Shown piece by piece: positions 28,558 through 37,729 of a stretch of 39,644 nt of DNA (the stretch's first letter is position 1; every line of letters starts with the position of its first letter). The stretch comes from Pseudomonadota bacterium (GTDB taxonomy: Bacteria; Desulfobacterota; Desulfobacteria; Desulfobacterales; JBDRRP01), in NCBI GenBank assembly GCA_043825735.1, contig JBDRRP010000064.1, positions 62,001 to 101,644 of the forward strand, read 5' to 3'. A program made the translations under genes and the position numbers. The notes under the pieces were generated by a model. It was given only the letters and a program-made list of their open reading frames with translations. It ran no database searches and was not told where the DNA came from.

Positions 28558-30120
28558 TCACGGCATCACAGCCCCGGGATGGCGGACCGACGGAAACCGC
28601 CCGGTATCCGTGTGCGGGATGAACTTGGCCGCGGAGAACCGGTTCATGAAATCCTGGTTGACGTTGAGTTCCAGATAGGTGATCCGGCTGCGGATGGTGT
28701 CCAATGCATCGGCGCTGTCACGGGACAGCAGTGCCATGACAGCGCCCTCCAGCGAGCTGTTTCCGATGCTGTGGTATTTGGACAGCGGCAGATCCGGAAG
28801 CATGCCGATGGTGATGGCCGAAACCGGGTCGATAAACGCCCCGAATGTGCCGGCAACCAAAAACGCATCCAGTTCGGCCATGTCCATGCCCACGCTTTGG
28901 TGAATGGTTTCCAGGATGGTGTACATGGCCGCTTTCGAGCGGATCAGGCTGTCCAGATCGGCCTGGCTGATGGTGAGATCGCCCGCGGTGGCCGATTCAC
29001 CGGCAGGAACCACCACCAGGTGCCCCAAACCGTCTGTGTCCAAAAAGCGATCGCCGCAGCGCGCAGGCACCAGCTTTCCCCGGATGTCGAGCATGCCGGC
29101 GCCGAACAGCTGCGCGGCCAGATCGATGAGTCCCGAGCCGCAGATGCCGCGCGGCGGCATCCCGCCGATGGTGCTGAAGTGAAACGCGCCGGTTTTTGGA
29201 TCGATGCGCACGCGATCGATGACCCCTTCGCCGGCCATCATCCCCATGCGGGCCGCGCCCCCTTCCAATGCGGGACCCGCGGCACCGGCGCAGGCAATCA
29301 GCCAGTGGCGGCTGCCCAGGACCACTTCGGCATTGGTGCCCACATCCACGAGGACGGCGGTCTCCTCCCGCCGGTACAGACCGCTGTAGAGAATCCCAGC
29401 CACCACGTCTCCGCCGAAATAACTGCCGATGTTGGGAAACACCAGGACCCGGGCCCCGGGTGAAAAGGGCAGCCCCAGGTCCGCGGCCGCCACCACGCCG
29501 GGACGGTTGACCACGGGGATATAGGGCTCCCGGATCATCCAATGGGGGTCCAGTCTCAAGAAAAGATGACTCATGGCGGTATTGCCGGCCACTGCCACCA
29601 GTTGGATTTCAGTGCTCCGGCGGCCCGCGCCGTCGCACAGCGCACCGGCCGCCCGGCCGATGGCCTCGATGATGATTCGGTGAAGTTCCTCGAGGCCGCC
29701 GGGGGTGTCGGTATAATGGATACGGGTGAGGATGTCCGGACCGATACGGATCTGGGGATTGTCGAACGTTATCTCGCCCAGGGCCTTGCCGGACACCAGA
29801 TCCACCAGCCGCATCACCACCCGCGTGGTCCCCAGATCGATGGCCAGGCCGATCGGGGCCGGGCCACTGTCTGCCGTGGCCGCATCCACCACCACCCATC
29901 GGCCCGGCTCCTTGAAAAAAACGCACCGTAGCGGCCGCCCCCCCGAGCGCAGCAACTGGGGAAGGCGGCGCTGCACGGCCAGGTCCACTACCACCGGGGC
30001 GTCGCCGGCAATCGGCTTCAGAGCGCGCACCAGCCGTTCGGTGTCAGCGGTGTTGTCCTTCAGACTGGGCGCCGGCACGGAGACGACGGCGGCCCAGCCC
30101 CTTATGGCATCAGACTCCAT
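28558..30120 (-). CDS. ASKHA ATPase of the RACo/DUF4445 type (reductive activator of corrinoid proteins), no N-terminal ferredoxin domain
   Basis: AIDLGTT, NPQIRIGPDILTRI, VAGNTAM, DVGTNAEV, AAGPALEG, GICGSG, AGTFG and GNSSLEGA motifs; start ATG30120. Confidence 0.85.
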   Translation of the reverse strand: MESDAIRGWAAVVSVPAPSLKDNTADTERLVRALKPIAGDAPVVVDLAVQRRLPQLLRSGGRPLRCVFFKEPGRWVVVDAATADSGPAPIGLAIDLGTTRVVMRLVDLVSGKALGEITFDNPQIRIGPDILTRIHYTDTPGGLEELHRIIIEAIGRAAGALCDGAGRRSTEIQLVAVAGNTAMSHLFLRLDPHWMIREPYIPVVNRPGVVAAADLGLPFSPGARVLVFPNIGSYFGGDVVAGILYSGLYRREETAVLVDVGTNAEVVLGSRHWLIACAGAAGPALEGGAARMGMMAGEGVIDRVRIDPKTGAFHFSTIGGMPPRGICGSGLIDLAAQLFGAGMLDIRGKLVPARCGDRFLDTDGLGHLVVVPAGESATAGDLTISQADLDSLIRSKAAMYTILETIHQSVGMDMAELDAFLVAGTFGAFIDPVSAITIGMLPDLPLSKYHSIGNSSLEGAVMALLSRDSADALDTIRSRITYLELNVNQDFMNRFSAAKFIPHTDTGRFPSVRHPGAVMP

Positions 30121-30200
30121 GACAGGGCGTCCTGTTTTGTCGGGAAAAAAGTTCGGTATCCTCACCAGGAAGGTGTGCTTACCTCATAATCTCAGGGTTT

Positions 30201-30228
30201 TCTTCGTGCACTTCGTGTCCTTCGTGGT
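30201..30228. repeat. 3 x 9-bp CTTCGTG-NN tandem repeat
   Basis: cttcgtgca cttcgtgtc cttcgtggt; inverted partner at 31084-31111. Confidence 0.85.
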
Positions 30229-30295
30229 TCTCATTTCACGTTGCAGGAATAATCAATTTTAGTATTGTGCATAAGCAGATAACGGAATTGGCCGA

Positions 30296-31042
30296 TCAGG
30301 TCACGGCCGAAACGGCCTGTGCGAGGCGCGCCATAACCGCACCGCCCGTTCCGGGAATCAGGAAATCGCTGACCGAGCGGGTCAGCGGCGTGGACTCGGG
30401 ATTGATCTCGATGACGACGGCGCCGTTGTCCCGGGCGATGACCGGCATCAGCGCCGCCGGCTGCACCACCGCCGAGGTACCCACCACCAGCATCACTTCG
30501 CAGGCGGCGGCGACCGCCTGCGAACGCGCGAGGGTCTCCGGGGGAATCATTTCGCCAAAGAAGATGCAGTCGGGGCGCAAAACCCCACCGCACCCGCACC
30601 GCGGTGGCATCGCTTCGAACCGGATGTCGCGCATCGATGTTTGCGTGCTGCAATCCAGGCAGCGCAGAACGGCAAATGTACCGTGAAATTCGATGACGTC
30701 GGTGCTGCCCGCGACCTGGTGGAGTCCGTCGACATTCTGGGTGATAACGGTTTTCAAATGACCCAGGGTTTCCAGGGCGGCCAGACCCGTGTGCCCCGCG
30801 TTGGGCCGGGCCTCGTCCAGACAGGCCTTCATCGCCATGATGAGCACGCGCCAGACCTTTGCCGGATCCCGCATGAAGGCATCGATATGGGCAAATTCCA
30901 TGGGGTCTATGGACTCCCACACCCCCCCCTTCCCGCGAAACGGGGGAATGCCGCTTTCCACGCTGATGCCGGCACCGGTCAACGCCACCACGCGCTTGGA
31001 CCGGGCGATGTGAGCGGCGGCCCTGGCGATCAGATCATCCAC
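30296..31042 (-). CDS. cobB: NAD-dependent protein deacylase (sirtuin)
   Basis: GAGISVESGIPPFRG, TQNVDGLH, HG, CLDC...CGC Zn ligands, RPDCIFFGE, VGTS and EINP motifs; SD GAGGAG, GTG start. Confidence 0.93.
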   Translation of the reverse strand: MDDLIARAAAHIARSKRVVALTGAGISVESGIPPFRGKGGVWESIDPMEFAHIDAFMRDPAKVWRVLIMAMKACLDEARPNAGHTGLAALETLGHLKTVITQNVDGLHQVAGSTDVIEFHGTFAVLRCLDCSTQTSMRDIRFEAMPPRCGCGGVLRPDCIFFGEMIPPETLARSQAVAAACEVMLVVGTSAVVQPAALMPVIARDNGAVVIEINPESTPLTRSVSDFLIPGTGGAVMARLAQAVSAVT

Positions 31043-31083
31043 ATCGTCTCCTCATCGATGCCCCGCCCCGGTTGATGCTGATC

Positions 31084-31111
31084 ACCACGAAGTTCACGAA
31101 GGCCACGAAGA
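31084..31111. repeat. 3 x 9-bp NN-CACGAAG tandem repeat
   Basis: accacgaag ttcacgaag gccacgaag; reverse complement of the 30201-30228 array. Confidence 0.85.
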
Positions 31112-31153
31112 TTTTTAAATCCATTTTTTGAGATAGGTTCTAATAAAATGAAT

Positions 31154-31278
31154 CCGTAAAAAAGCAATTTTCTCGCAAAGACGCCAAGTACGCCAAGAAA
31201 AACATTTTTAATATCAATCCGTTAGCTTTGCGATCTTTGCGATCTTTGCGGCTTTGCGAGAGATTCGGACTTTTTACG
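31154..31278. repeat. Palindromic REP/MITE-like element with central IHF site
   Basis: Terminal IR CCGTAAAAA/TTTTTACGG; inner arms of 9-bp-period CGC(A/C)AAG x3 and CTTTGCG x4; TATCAATCCGTTA at 31212-31224. Confidence 0.75.
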
Positions 31279-31323
31279 GGACCATCTAATAAGCAGGTTC
31301 GACTTTTTAAAAATACCTGCCGA

Positions 31324-32163
31324 TCACAGCTCAACTGTGGTCCCTGTGCCTACGGCAAAACAGGTCATATCGACGCCGGCACTGGCGATGATCCGGCGAC
31401 AGTCGTCCACCATGGCGTCCACCTGGTCGTCGGTGCGTTCCTGGTTGAGGTGAAACAGGCCGAACTGCCGCACCCCGGCATCCATGGCCAGAGCCAAGGC
31501 TTCGGTGTACACCGTGTGGCCCCACTCGATAGTGTTTTTGTATTCTTCTGCCGTGTACTCGGCGTCGTGAATGAGAAAGTCGGCGCCCTGGCAAAACGCC
31601 AGGTAATCTTCACGCGTCCTGCCATTGGGATGGGCAAACCCCAGTTCGTTGTCCGTCAAAAAAACAAAGGATTTCCCATCCTCGGTAAACTTGTAACCGC
31701 TGCCGCCATTGGGGTGGCTCAACGGGATCGGTGTTATGGAAACCGAGCCGATCTCAAAATCCAATGGGCAGGCGTCCTCGTGAACGAGTTCGGCCTTGAT
31801 CTCTGAATATTTGACCGGAAAGTTGGGCGGGGACATGACTTTTTTCAGGACCGTATCCACGAACTTACTGGCAAAAGGACAGCGGTGCATCACAAATCGC
31901 GATTCAGGATAAAAGATGGGTTTGAAAAATGGAAACCCCATCACGTGGTCCCAGTGGGCATGGGTAAAGATAAAATGGTAAGAAAACCGCTCTTCGGCCA
32001 ACAGGTGGTTGCCCAGCGACCGGATGCCGGTGCCGGCATCGACGATGATAATGTCGTTGCTGCGGGTCCGAATCTCCAGACAGGTCGTATCGCCGCCATA
32101 ACGAATATACTGTTCCCCGGAAACCGGTATGGAGCCCCTGGACCCCCAGCATGTGATGCGCAT
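31324..32163 (-). CDS. MBL-fold metallo-hydrolase (RNase Z/phosphodiesterase-like)
   Basis: WGSRGSIP, YGGDTTC, DAGTG, THAHWDH, TDNE, LIHDAEY, WGH and LFH motifs; SD AAGGAG before ATG32163. Confidence 0.88.
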   Translation of the reverse strand: MRITCWGSRGSIPVSGEQYIRYGGDTTCLEIRTRSNDIIIVDAGTGIRSLGNHLLAEERFSYHFIFTHAHWDHVMGFPFFKPIFYPESRFVMHRCPFASKFVDTVLKKVMSPPNFPVKYSEIKAELVHEDACPLDFEIGSVSITPIPLSHPNGGSGYKFTEDGKSFVFLTDNELGFAHPNGRTREDYLAFCQGADFLIHDAEYTAEEYKNTIEWGHTVYTEALALAMDAGVRQFGLFHLNQERTDDQVDAMVDDCRRIIASAGVDMTCFAVGTGTTVEL

Positions 32164-32276
32164 GACCGACATCTCCTTGAAGACTCCCCTGCCGTCCGCC
32201 GCCTGCGGACGGGGGCCTCCCCGTAAGGCATACTGCCCAATTCGTTTCACTCGCTATGCAAATTCAAAAAGAGTTT

Positions 32277-33137
32277 TCAACATGACCGATTCTCAGCATA
32301 AAACGTAAACCAGACATCGTCCCGATGCCATTCCTCTATGATTTTCACGCCCATGGTGCTCAATACGAACCGGATATCCTTGGCTTCGCTCCGAAGCAGT
32401 CCGGACAGAATAAACGCGCGTTTGCCGGCCATAAACTGACGGTCGCCCACCAGCTGACGCATCACCGCATAGTGGATATTGGCCACTATGAGCTCGGCCG
32501 GTCCGGGGGCGACGGTGAGCGCATCGGCCACGGCCACGATCACCCGGCCCGCCATATTGTTCAACTGTACGTTGCGGTGCGCCGTCACGGCCGCCAGTCG
32601 GTTCAAATCGACAGCGAGGACCCGATGGCAGCCCAGGCGCGCACCGGCGATGGCCAGAATGCCGGTTCCCGTCCCCAAATCGATCATCCGTCCGACAGGT
32701 CCCCGGGAAAAGGCCAGCTCCAGCGCCGCAAGGCAGTCATACGTCGTGGGATGCTGACCGGTTCCGAACACCACACCGGGATCGATTGTCAGCGCCAGCG
32801 CGCCGTCACGGGGTGCCGCCTCCCAGGGCGGCACGATGCTGAACCCACCGATGTCTTGCACCGGCGGCACGCAACCCTGCCACTCGGCGTAGGTCATTTC
32901 GTAGGTATCTTGCAGCACCACGCCCGCCGGTGCTGCGGCCATCAACCGCCGGACATCGTCCCCCGCCGGACGGGAGAAAAAGAGAAAAGAAGTGTCCCCT
33001 TCCTCCCAATTGCCAAGAAACCCTGTTTCAGGCATCCGCGTGGCCGCCGGCAGCCGCCCCTGGATATAGTATATATACAGGTCGCCGGGCACCTTGGGCC
33101 CGGCGCTGGCGCGGCGGCGCGTGCCGGATTCAGTCAT
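32277..33137 (-). CDS. prmA: PrmA-like SAM-dependent (lysine) methyltransferase
   Basis: IDPGVVFGTGQHPTT, DLGTGTGILAI, IVANI and ILSG motifs; N-terminal domain divergent. Confidence 0.75.
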   Translation of the reverse strand: MTESGTRRRASAGPKVPGDLYIYYIQGRLPAATRMPETGFLGNWEEGDTSFLFFSRPAGDDVRRLMAAAPAGVVLQDTYEMTYAEWQGCVPPVQDIGGFSIVPPWEAAPRDGALALTIDPGVVFGTGQHPTTYDCLAALELAFSRGPVGRMIDLGTGTGILAIAGARLGCHRVLAVDLNRLAAVTAHRNVQLNNMAGRVIVAVADALTVAPGPAELIVANIHYAVMRQLVGDRQFMAGKRAFILSGLLRSEAKDIRFVLSTMGVKIIEEWHRDDVWFTFYAENRSC

Positions 33138-33807
33138 GCTTCGGCAGCTGATCCATGTACCACTTCATGGGATCCAGTATCTTGAACCCGATGGATTCGA
33201 GCTTCTGTTTCACCTTGCGCGTGTTCAGGGTCAGCACGTAGGGGAACACCGCGCGCATGTTATCGTCCCAGTAGCGGGCCACCAGAATGCTGCCGATGGA
33301 AACATTTTCACCGGTAATGGCATCCACGATCCTTTTCATCTGCCCGACCTTCTCCTCCACCAGCACGCACAGCAGCGTTCCGGGCTCTCCGATATTGAGG
33401 ACGTTCACAAAGGCCCTGAGCAGATCGCGCACCGAAAGAATCCCCTTAAGCACATTGTGCTCGTCCACCACCGGAAACGCACCGACGCGCTCCTTTTGAA
33501 TCCGCAGCAACGCATCCTGGATGGTATCCATCGGGGAAATGGTCAACGGATTGGCCGTCATGATGTCTGCCACCGTAAGTCGCGACACCTGCTGCTTGGC
33601 CGCCGCGTTGTCTTTCTCGCGAAAGAGCTCATACGGCAGTGCGCTGCGGATATCCCGGTCCGTCACGATTCCCAAAAGATGCCCCTGGGGGTCCACAATG
33701 GGCAAGTGGCGGATCCGGTGATCTGCCATCAGCTTCTGAGCTTCGAATATGCTGGCCGATTTGTCGATGGTGACGACTTTTTGGGTCATGGAATTGGTTA
33801 CAAACAT
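33130..33807 (-). CDS. acuB: CBS-pair plus ACT domain protein (AcuB-like)
   Basis: Two CBS motifs (HRIRHLPIVD...GIVTDRDIR; VGAFPVVD...GILSVRDLL) followed by an ACT-like C-terminus. Confidence 0.8.
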   Translation of the reverse strand: MFVTNSMTQKVVTIDKSASIFEAQKLMADHRIRHLPIVDPQGHLLGIVTDRDIRSALPYELFREKDNAAAKQQVSRLTVADIMTANPLTISPMDTIQDALLRIQKERVGAFPVVDEHNVLKGILSVRDLLRAFVNVLNIGEPGTLLCVLVEEKVGQMKRIVDAITGENVSIGSILVARYWDDNMRAVFPYVLTLNTRKVKQKLESIGFKILDPMKWYMDQLPKHD

Positions 33808-33847
33808 GTTGATTTCTCCATGGATGTTGGCCCGGCCGGCATGGCCA

Positions 33848-34798
33848 TTACCGGGCCAGTAAGATGCTCACATGGTTTCCGGCCAGTTCTCCGAGCCGGT
33901 CCAGGTTGTAGCCCCCTTCGAGGATCGATATCAGCCGCCCGTTGCAGTGTTTCTTTGCCAAATCGACGATCTGCTCCATTACCCAGCTGTAACCGTCGGT
34001 GCTCAGATTGACCCCGGACATGTCGTCTTCCGCGTGGGCGTCGAATCCGGTCGACACCAGAATCACCTCCGGTTTGAATCCATCGATGGCTGGAATCATG
34101 TCGGTTTCCACCAATTCATGATACTCGGCATCCCCCTGCCCCGGCAGCACGGGGTAGTTTCTGGTAAATCCGAGGCCTTCGCCTTCGCCTTTTTCAAACA
34201 CACGGCCGGTCCCGGGGAAGGCAAAAGACGGATGTTCATGGGAAGAGTAGTAAAAAACCGTCGGATCCCTCTCGAAGATGTGCTGGGTGCCGTTTCCGTG
34301 GTGAACGTCAAAATCGATTATCCCCACCCGGGTGACACTGCAAGCCTGCTGCAGGTAGCGGGCGCAGATGGCGATATTGTTGAAGTAGCAAAATCCCATG
34401 GCCGTATCGACCTCAGCGTGATGCCCCGGCGGGCGGACCGAACAAAAAGCATTGTCGATTTCGCCGGCCATCATCCGCCTGGCCGCTTCCAGCACTCCGC
34501 CCACGGCGAGCAGGGCGGTTTCATAGGTGTCTGTGCACATCTGGTTGTCAGGGTAGTCGAGCATTTTTTGCCCAGACAGGCAGGCCTCTTCGAACCGCCG
34601 GATGTAGTCAACGGCATGGACGGTCTCGATCCATCGCATCTCAGCGTATCTTGGTGGGATCCGGACCAGGTGCTCCAGAAGGCCGGCATCTTCCAGGCCT
34701 TTGTGAATAACGTTCAGGCGCTCGGGCATCTCAGGGTGATAAGGTCCGGTATCGTGGAGCAGATACCGGGTGTCATGCACATAACCCGTTCGATTCAT
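33848..34798 (-). CDS. Zn-dependent histone deacetylase-family protein (AcuC/HdaH-like)
   Basis: HPEMPERL, RPPGHHA, GFCYFNN, DFDVHHGNGTQ, GFDAH and LEGGY motifs; ATG34798 (GTG34801 alternative). Confidence 0.93.
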   Translation of the reverse strand: MNRTGYVHDTRYLLHDTGPYHPEMPERLNVIHKGLEDAGLLEHLVRIPPRYAEMRWIETVHAVDYIRRFEEACLSGQKMLDYPDNQMCTDTYETALLAVGGVLEAARRMMAGEIDNAFCSVRPPGHHAEVDTAMGFCYFNNIAICARYLQQACSVTRVGIIDFDVHHGNGTQHIFERDPTVFYYSSHEHPSFAFPGTGRVFEKGEGEGLGFTRNYPVLPGQGDAEYHELVETDMIPAIDGFKPEVILVSTGFDAHAEDDMSGVNLSTDGYSWVMEQIVDLAKKHCNGRLISILEGGYNLDRLGELAGNHVSILLAR

Positions 34799-34971
34799 CA
34801 CCTCTCCCTACGGTGTGGAGTTTGGGGCGGTTGCAGTCTTGTTCACGAAGTCATGGCCGCCGAGCGCCTGCTGAAACAACCGGTCGCAATTTTCGATGCG
34901 CCGCGCGCCGGTAACGAACCTGTAAACCGCGGCATTCCGCGCCCGGGCGACACGGTCGAAAAAAACGCCGG

Positions 34972-35721
34972 TCAGGCCAGCAGCCTCTCAAAAATTTTGC
35001 CGGCGGCCTGGATGGCCGGGTTCTCACTGGGGATCCGCACGGTCGGCGTGCCCTTCAGATCATATTCATACACATCGGCGTCATCGGGAATAGTCCCCAG
35101 CAGTTCGAGTCCGCACTGCGCGATGATTTCCATGACGTCGGGCCCCGGCGCCGCCTTGCTCCGATTGATGATCAACCCGCTGCGCTTGACGCCGATACGC
35201 AGCTCCTGGGCCAACTGATGAATCCGGCCGGCCGCCTGGATGCCCCGCCGGGAAGTGTCGGAGACCAGCAGCAGCACATCCACGTCCTTGGTCGTCAGAC
35301 GGCTGATGTGTTCCATGCCGGCCTCGTTGTCCATCACCACAAACGGGTAATTGCCGGTCATTCTCTCCAGAAAACCCGTCAGCAGGGTATTGGCGGCGCA
35401 GTAACATCCCGCGCCCTCGGGCTGTCCCATGACCAGAAGATCGTAGCCATCGGCTTCAGCGACCGCCTGTTCTAACTTCATTTCCATAAAAACGTCCTTG
35501 GTCATCCCGCCGGGCACCACCCCCCGCTTCATTTCCTCCCTGGCATTGCCAAGGGTGTCCGTCACGCTCAAGCCGAGGACTTCGTTGAGGTTTGCGTTAG
35601 CGTCGGCATCGACAGCCAGAACCGGGCCCTTTCCGTGACGGACCAGATATTGAATCAGCATGCCGGCGACGGTGGTCTTGCCGGTGCCACCTTTGCCAGC
35701 CAGTGCAACAGTAAACGCCAT
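34972..35721 (-). CDS. cooC: CooC/AcsF-type nickel-insertion ATPase (CODH/ACS maturation)
   Basis: Deviant Walker A GKGGTGKT, DADAN, GCYC metal motif, DNEAGMEHISR. Confidence 0.88.
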   Translation of the reverse strand: MAFTVALAGKGGTGKTTVAGMLIQYLVRHGKGPVLAVDADANANLNEVLGLSVTDTLGNAREEMKRGVVPGGMTKDVFMEMKLEQAVAEADGYDLLVMGQPEGAGCYCAANTLLTGFLERMTGNYPFVVMDNEAGMEHISRLTTKDVDVLLLVSDTSRRGIQAAGRIHQLAQELRIGVKRSGLIINRSKAAPGPDVMEIIAQCGLELLGTIPDDADVYEYDLKGTPTVRIPSENPAIQAAGKIFERLLA

Positions 35722-35779
35722 GAAAAATAATCCTTTGTTGTCGGGTTATAGGTCTTTTGAAAACAAAGCGCATCGGCGC

Positions 35780-35809
35780 ATCATAATGCCAGGCAGCGTG
35801 AGGCGTCAA
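35780..35809 (-). promoter_or_regulatory. Putative sigma70 promoter for cooC and downstream cluster
   Basis: Minus strand TTGACG-N18-TATGAT about 60 nt before the cooC ATG. Confidence 0.45.
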
Positions 35810-36016
35810 GCAACTTTTCCTGCATCATATCGGGCAGTTTCATAAAAGACGCCACACGCCGGTCATCGGGAAACGCCTTGCAATGGCCCAATGCATGTGA
35901 TAACGGCTCATGTGCTGTTATATCGGCATCGTGCGATAGTCGCACCGCCCTCCTACCCCTTCCTCAGATCACTGGCAAGTCCGTAACAGGTCAACCGAAA
36001 AAAAAAGGGATGGCGC

Positions 36017-37174
36017 ATGGATTTTGAACTGAACAAAGAACAAAAAGAGATTCAAAAAGCAGTCCGCGATTTCGTCAAAGGCGAATTCAAGAAAGAGCTC
36101 ATCGCAGAGCTTCTGGAAACGCACGCCTACCCGGTGAAAATCTGGAAAAAGGCAGCCGATCTTGGCTTCATCGGTATCCATTTCCCGGAGAAATACTCGG
36201 GCCAGGGGCTGGGCGTCATGGAAAACATCCTCGTGGCAGAGGAATTGTGCCGGGGGGATTCATCGGTGGGTGCCTGCCTGATCCTGGCCGACTTTGCATC
36301 GGAGATCGTTCTGCATTTCGGCTCTGACGATCAGAAGGCCACCTGGCTGCCCAGGGTTGCCGAAGGCGAGGTGCTGAGTTGCGGCGCTTTTACCGAACCC
36401 GACCACGGCTCCGACATTACCCGCATGGACACGCTGGCGGTCACCGACGGCGACGACTTCATCATCAATGGCACCAAGATATTCATCACCAACGGCGGTC
36501 CCCTTGCCGGGTTTTACAGCGTGCTGTGCCAGACCGATACAGAGGCCACCCCCAGCCATCGCGGCATGAGCCTCATTCTGGTGGAAGCCGATCGCGCCGG
36601 CGTCACGGCCACCAGTGTCGGGGAAAAAATGGGTATCCGCCTCATGGACACGGCGGAAGTCAGTTTCAAGGACGTTCGGGTACCCCAGAAGAACCTCATC
36701 GGCAAAGAAGGCCGGGGCTTTTACCAGGTATTGGAATTTTTCGACGAAAGCCGCATTCTTATCGCGGCCCAGGCGCTGGGAACTGCCCAGGGGGCTTTTG
36801 ACCGGGCGCTGGCCTACGTCAAGCAGCGCGAGCAGTTCGGCCGGAAGATCGCCACCTTCCAGATCACACAGCACAAGTTGGCAGATATGGCCACCAAGAT
36901 CGAAATGGCCCGGCTGCTCACCTACAAGGCGGCGTGGAATTTCGACCAGGGACGTATCGATCCAAAGCTAACGTCCATGGCCAAAATGGTGGCTGCTCGC
37001 ACGGCCGTCGAGGTTGCCGACGAGGCCATTCAGCTATTGGGCGGCTACGGCTATATGACCGAGTACGAAGTGGAGCGGTTCTACCGGGATGCCAAGATCT
37101 GCGAGCTCTACGAAGGCACCAAGGAAATACAGAAAAACACCATTGCCAGCAGCTTGCTGGGCAAATTGAAATAG
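36017..37174 (+). CDS. Acyl-CoA dehydrogenase
   Basis: FTEPDHGSD, NGTKIFITNG, KMG, REQFGRKI, GGYGY and YRDAKICELYEGTKEIQ motifs. Confidence 0.95.
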   Translation: MDFELNKEQKEIQKAVRDFVKGEFKKELIAELLETHAYPVKIWKKAADLGFIGIHFPEKYSGQGLGVMENILVAEELCRGDSSVGACLILADFASEIVLHFGSDDQKATWLPRVAEGEVLSCGAFTEPDHGSDITRMDTLAVTDGDDFIINGTKIFITNGGPLAGFYSVLCQTDTEATPSHRGMSLILVEADRAGVTATSVGEKMGIRLMDTAEVSFKDVRVPQKNLIGKEGRGFYQVLEFFDESRILIAAQALGTAQGAFDRALAYVKQREQFGRKIATFQITQHKLADMATKIEMARLLTYKAAWNFDQGRIDPKLTSMAKMVAARTAVEVADEAIQLLGGYGYMTEYEVERFYRDAKICELYEGTKEIQKNTIASSLLGKLK

Positions 37175-37242
37175 GGGCCTGCCCTTACGCAGCACGCGTC
37201 AACGCCCAGACCCGGCCCCAGTGCCTGCGCTGCAATGACTGA

Positions 37243-37281
37243 CTGCCGGCTGGCCGCTCCTTTCGGAACGGCTGCCGGCAG
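37243..37281. other. GC-rich intergenic hairpin without U-tract
   Basis: CTGCCGGC...GCCGGCAG outer stem with further inner pairing, between the acyl-CoA dehydrogenase and phasin-like genes. Confidence 0.5.
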
Positions 37282-37314
37282 ATAGATCAACCGACACAAT
37301 TAAGGAGTGCAACC

Positions 37315-37641
37315 ATGCCGACGGAATTTGGGGATCTCATAAAAAAAGCCATGCTGACCGGTATCGGACTGGCGCTGAAAGGCAAAGACGAAGTCGAAGC
37401 GTATTTCAATGATGTTGAAAAGCAGCTCAATCTTGGCGAAAAAGACGGGCGCCAGTTCTTTGAGGATTTCCGGAAGCATTGGGACGAAATGCAAGAAAAG
37501 CTGGAAGATCGCATCGAAAAGTCCGTGCGCAGCATCATGAAAAAAGCCGACGTGGTCACCATGGACGAGCTCAAGGCATTGAAAAAAGAAATTCGCGAGC
37601 TCAAGAAAGCCATCGGAAAAGACAGCGAACCGACTGCGTAG
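37315..37641 (+). CDS. Phasin-like coiled-coil protein
   Basis: SD TAAGGAG; LIKKAMLTGIGL...VTMDELKALKKEIRELK pattern; directly upstream of a UbiB kinase. Confidence 0.7.
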   Translation: MPTEFGDLIKKAMLTGIGLALKGKDEVEAYFNDVEKQLNLGEKDGRQFFEDFRKHWDEMQEKLEDRIEKSVRSIMKKADVVTMDELKALKKEIRELKKAIGKDSEPTA

Positions 37642-37729
37642 TTCCCCGCCTGAAGGGGGGCGCCGTCGCCGATGTACTGCCGCCCGGATCGCCCCCCCTG
37701 AAGCCAAACCCATAGCCGGCCGAGCCCCC

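Noticed and set aside
30201..31278. CRISPR array
   Set aside because: Repeats have 9-bp periodicity with 2-bp variable positions, no unique spacers, and no cas genes are present.
33872..35218. Long antisense ORFs (448 aa here; also 16407-17534, 19044-19922, 21013-21909, 28579-29463, 38549-39535)
   Set aside because: They are shadows of well-supported genes on the opposite strand, expected in GC-rich DNA, with no recognisable motifs.
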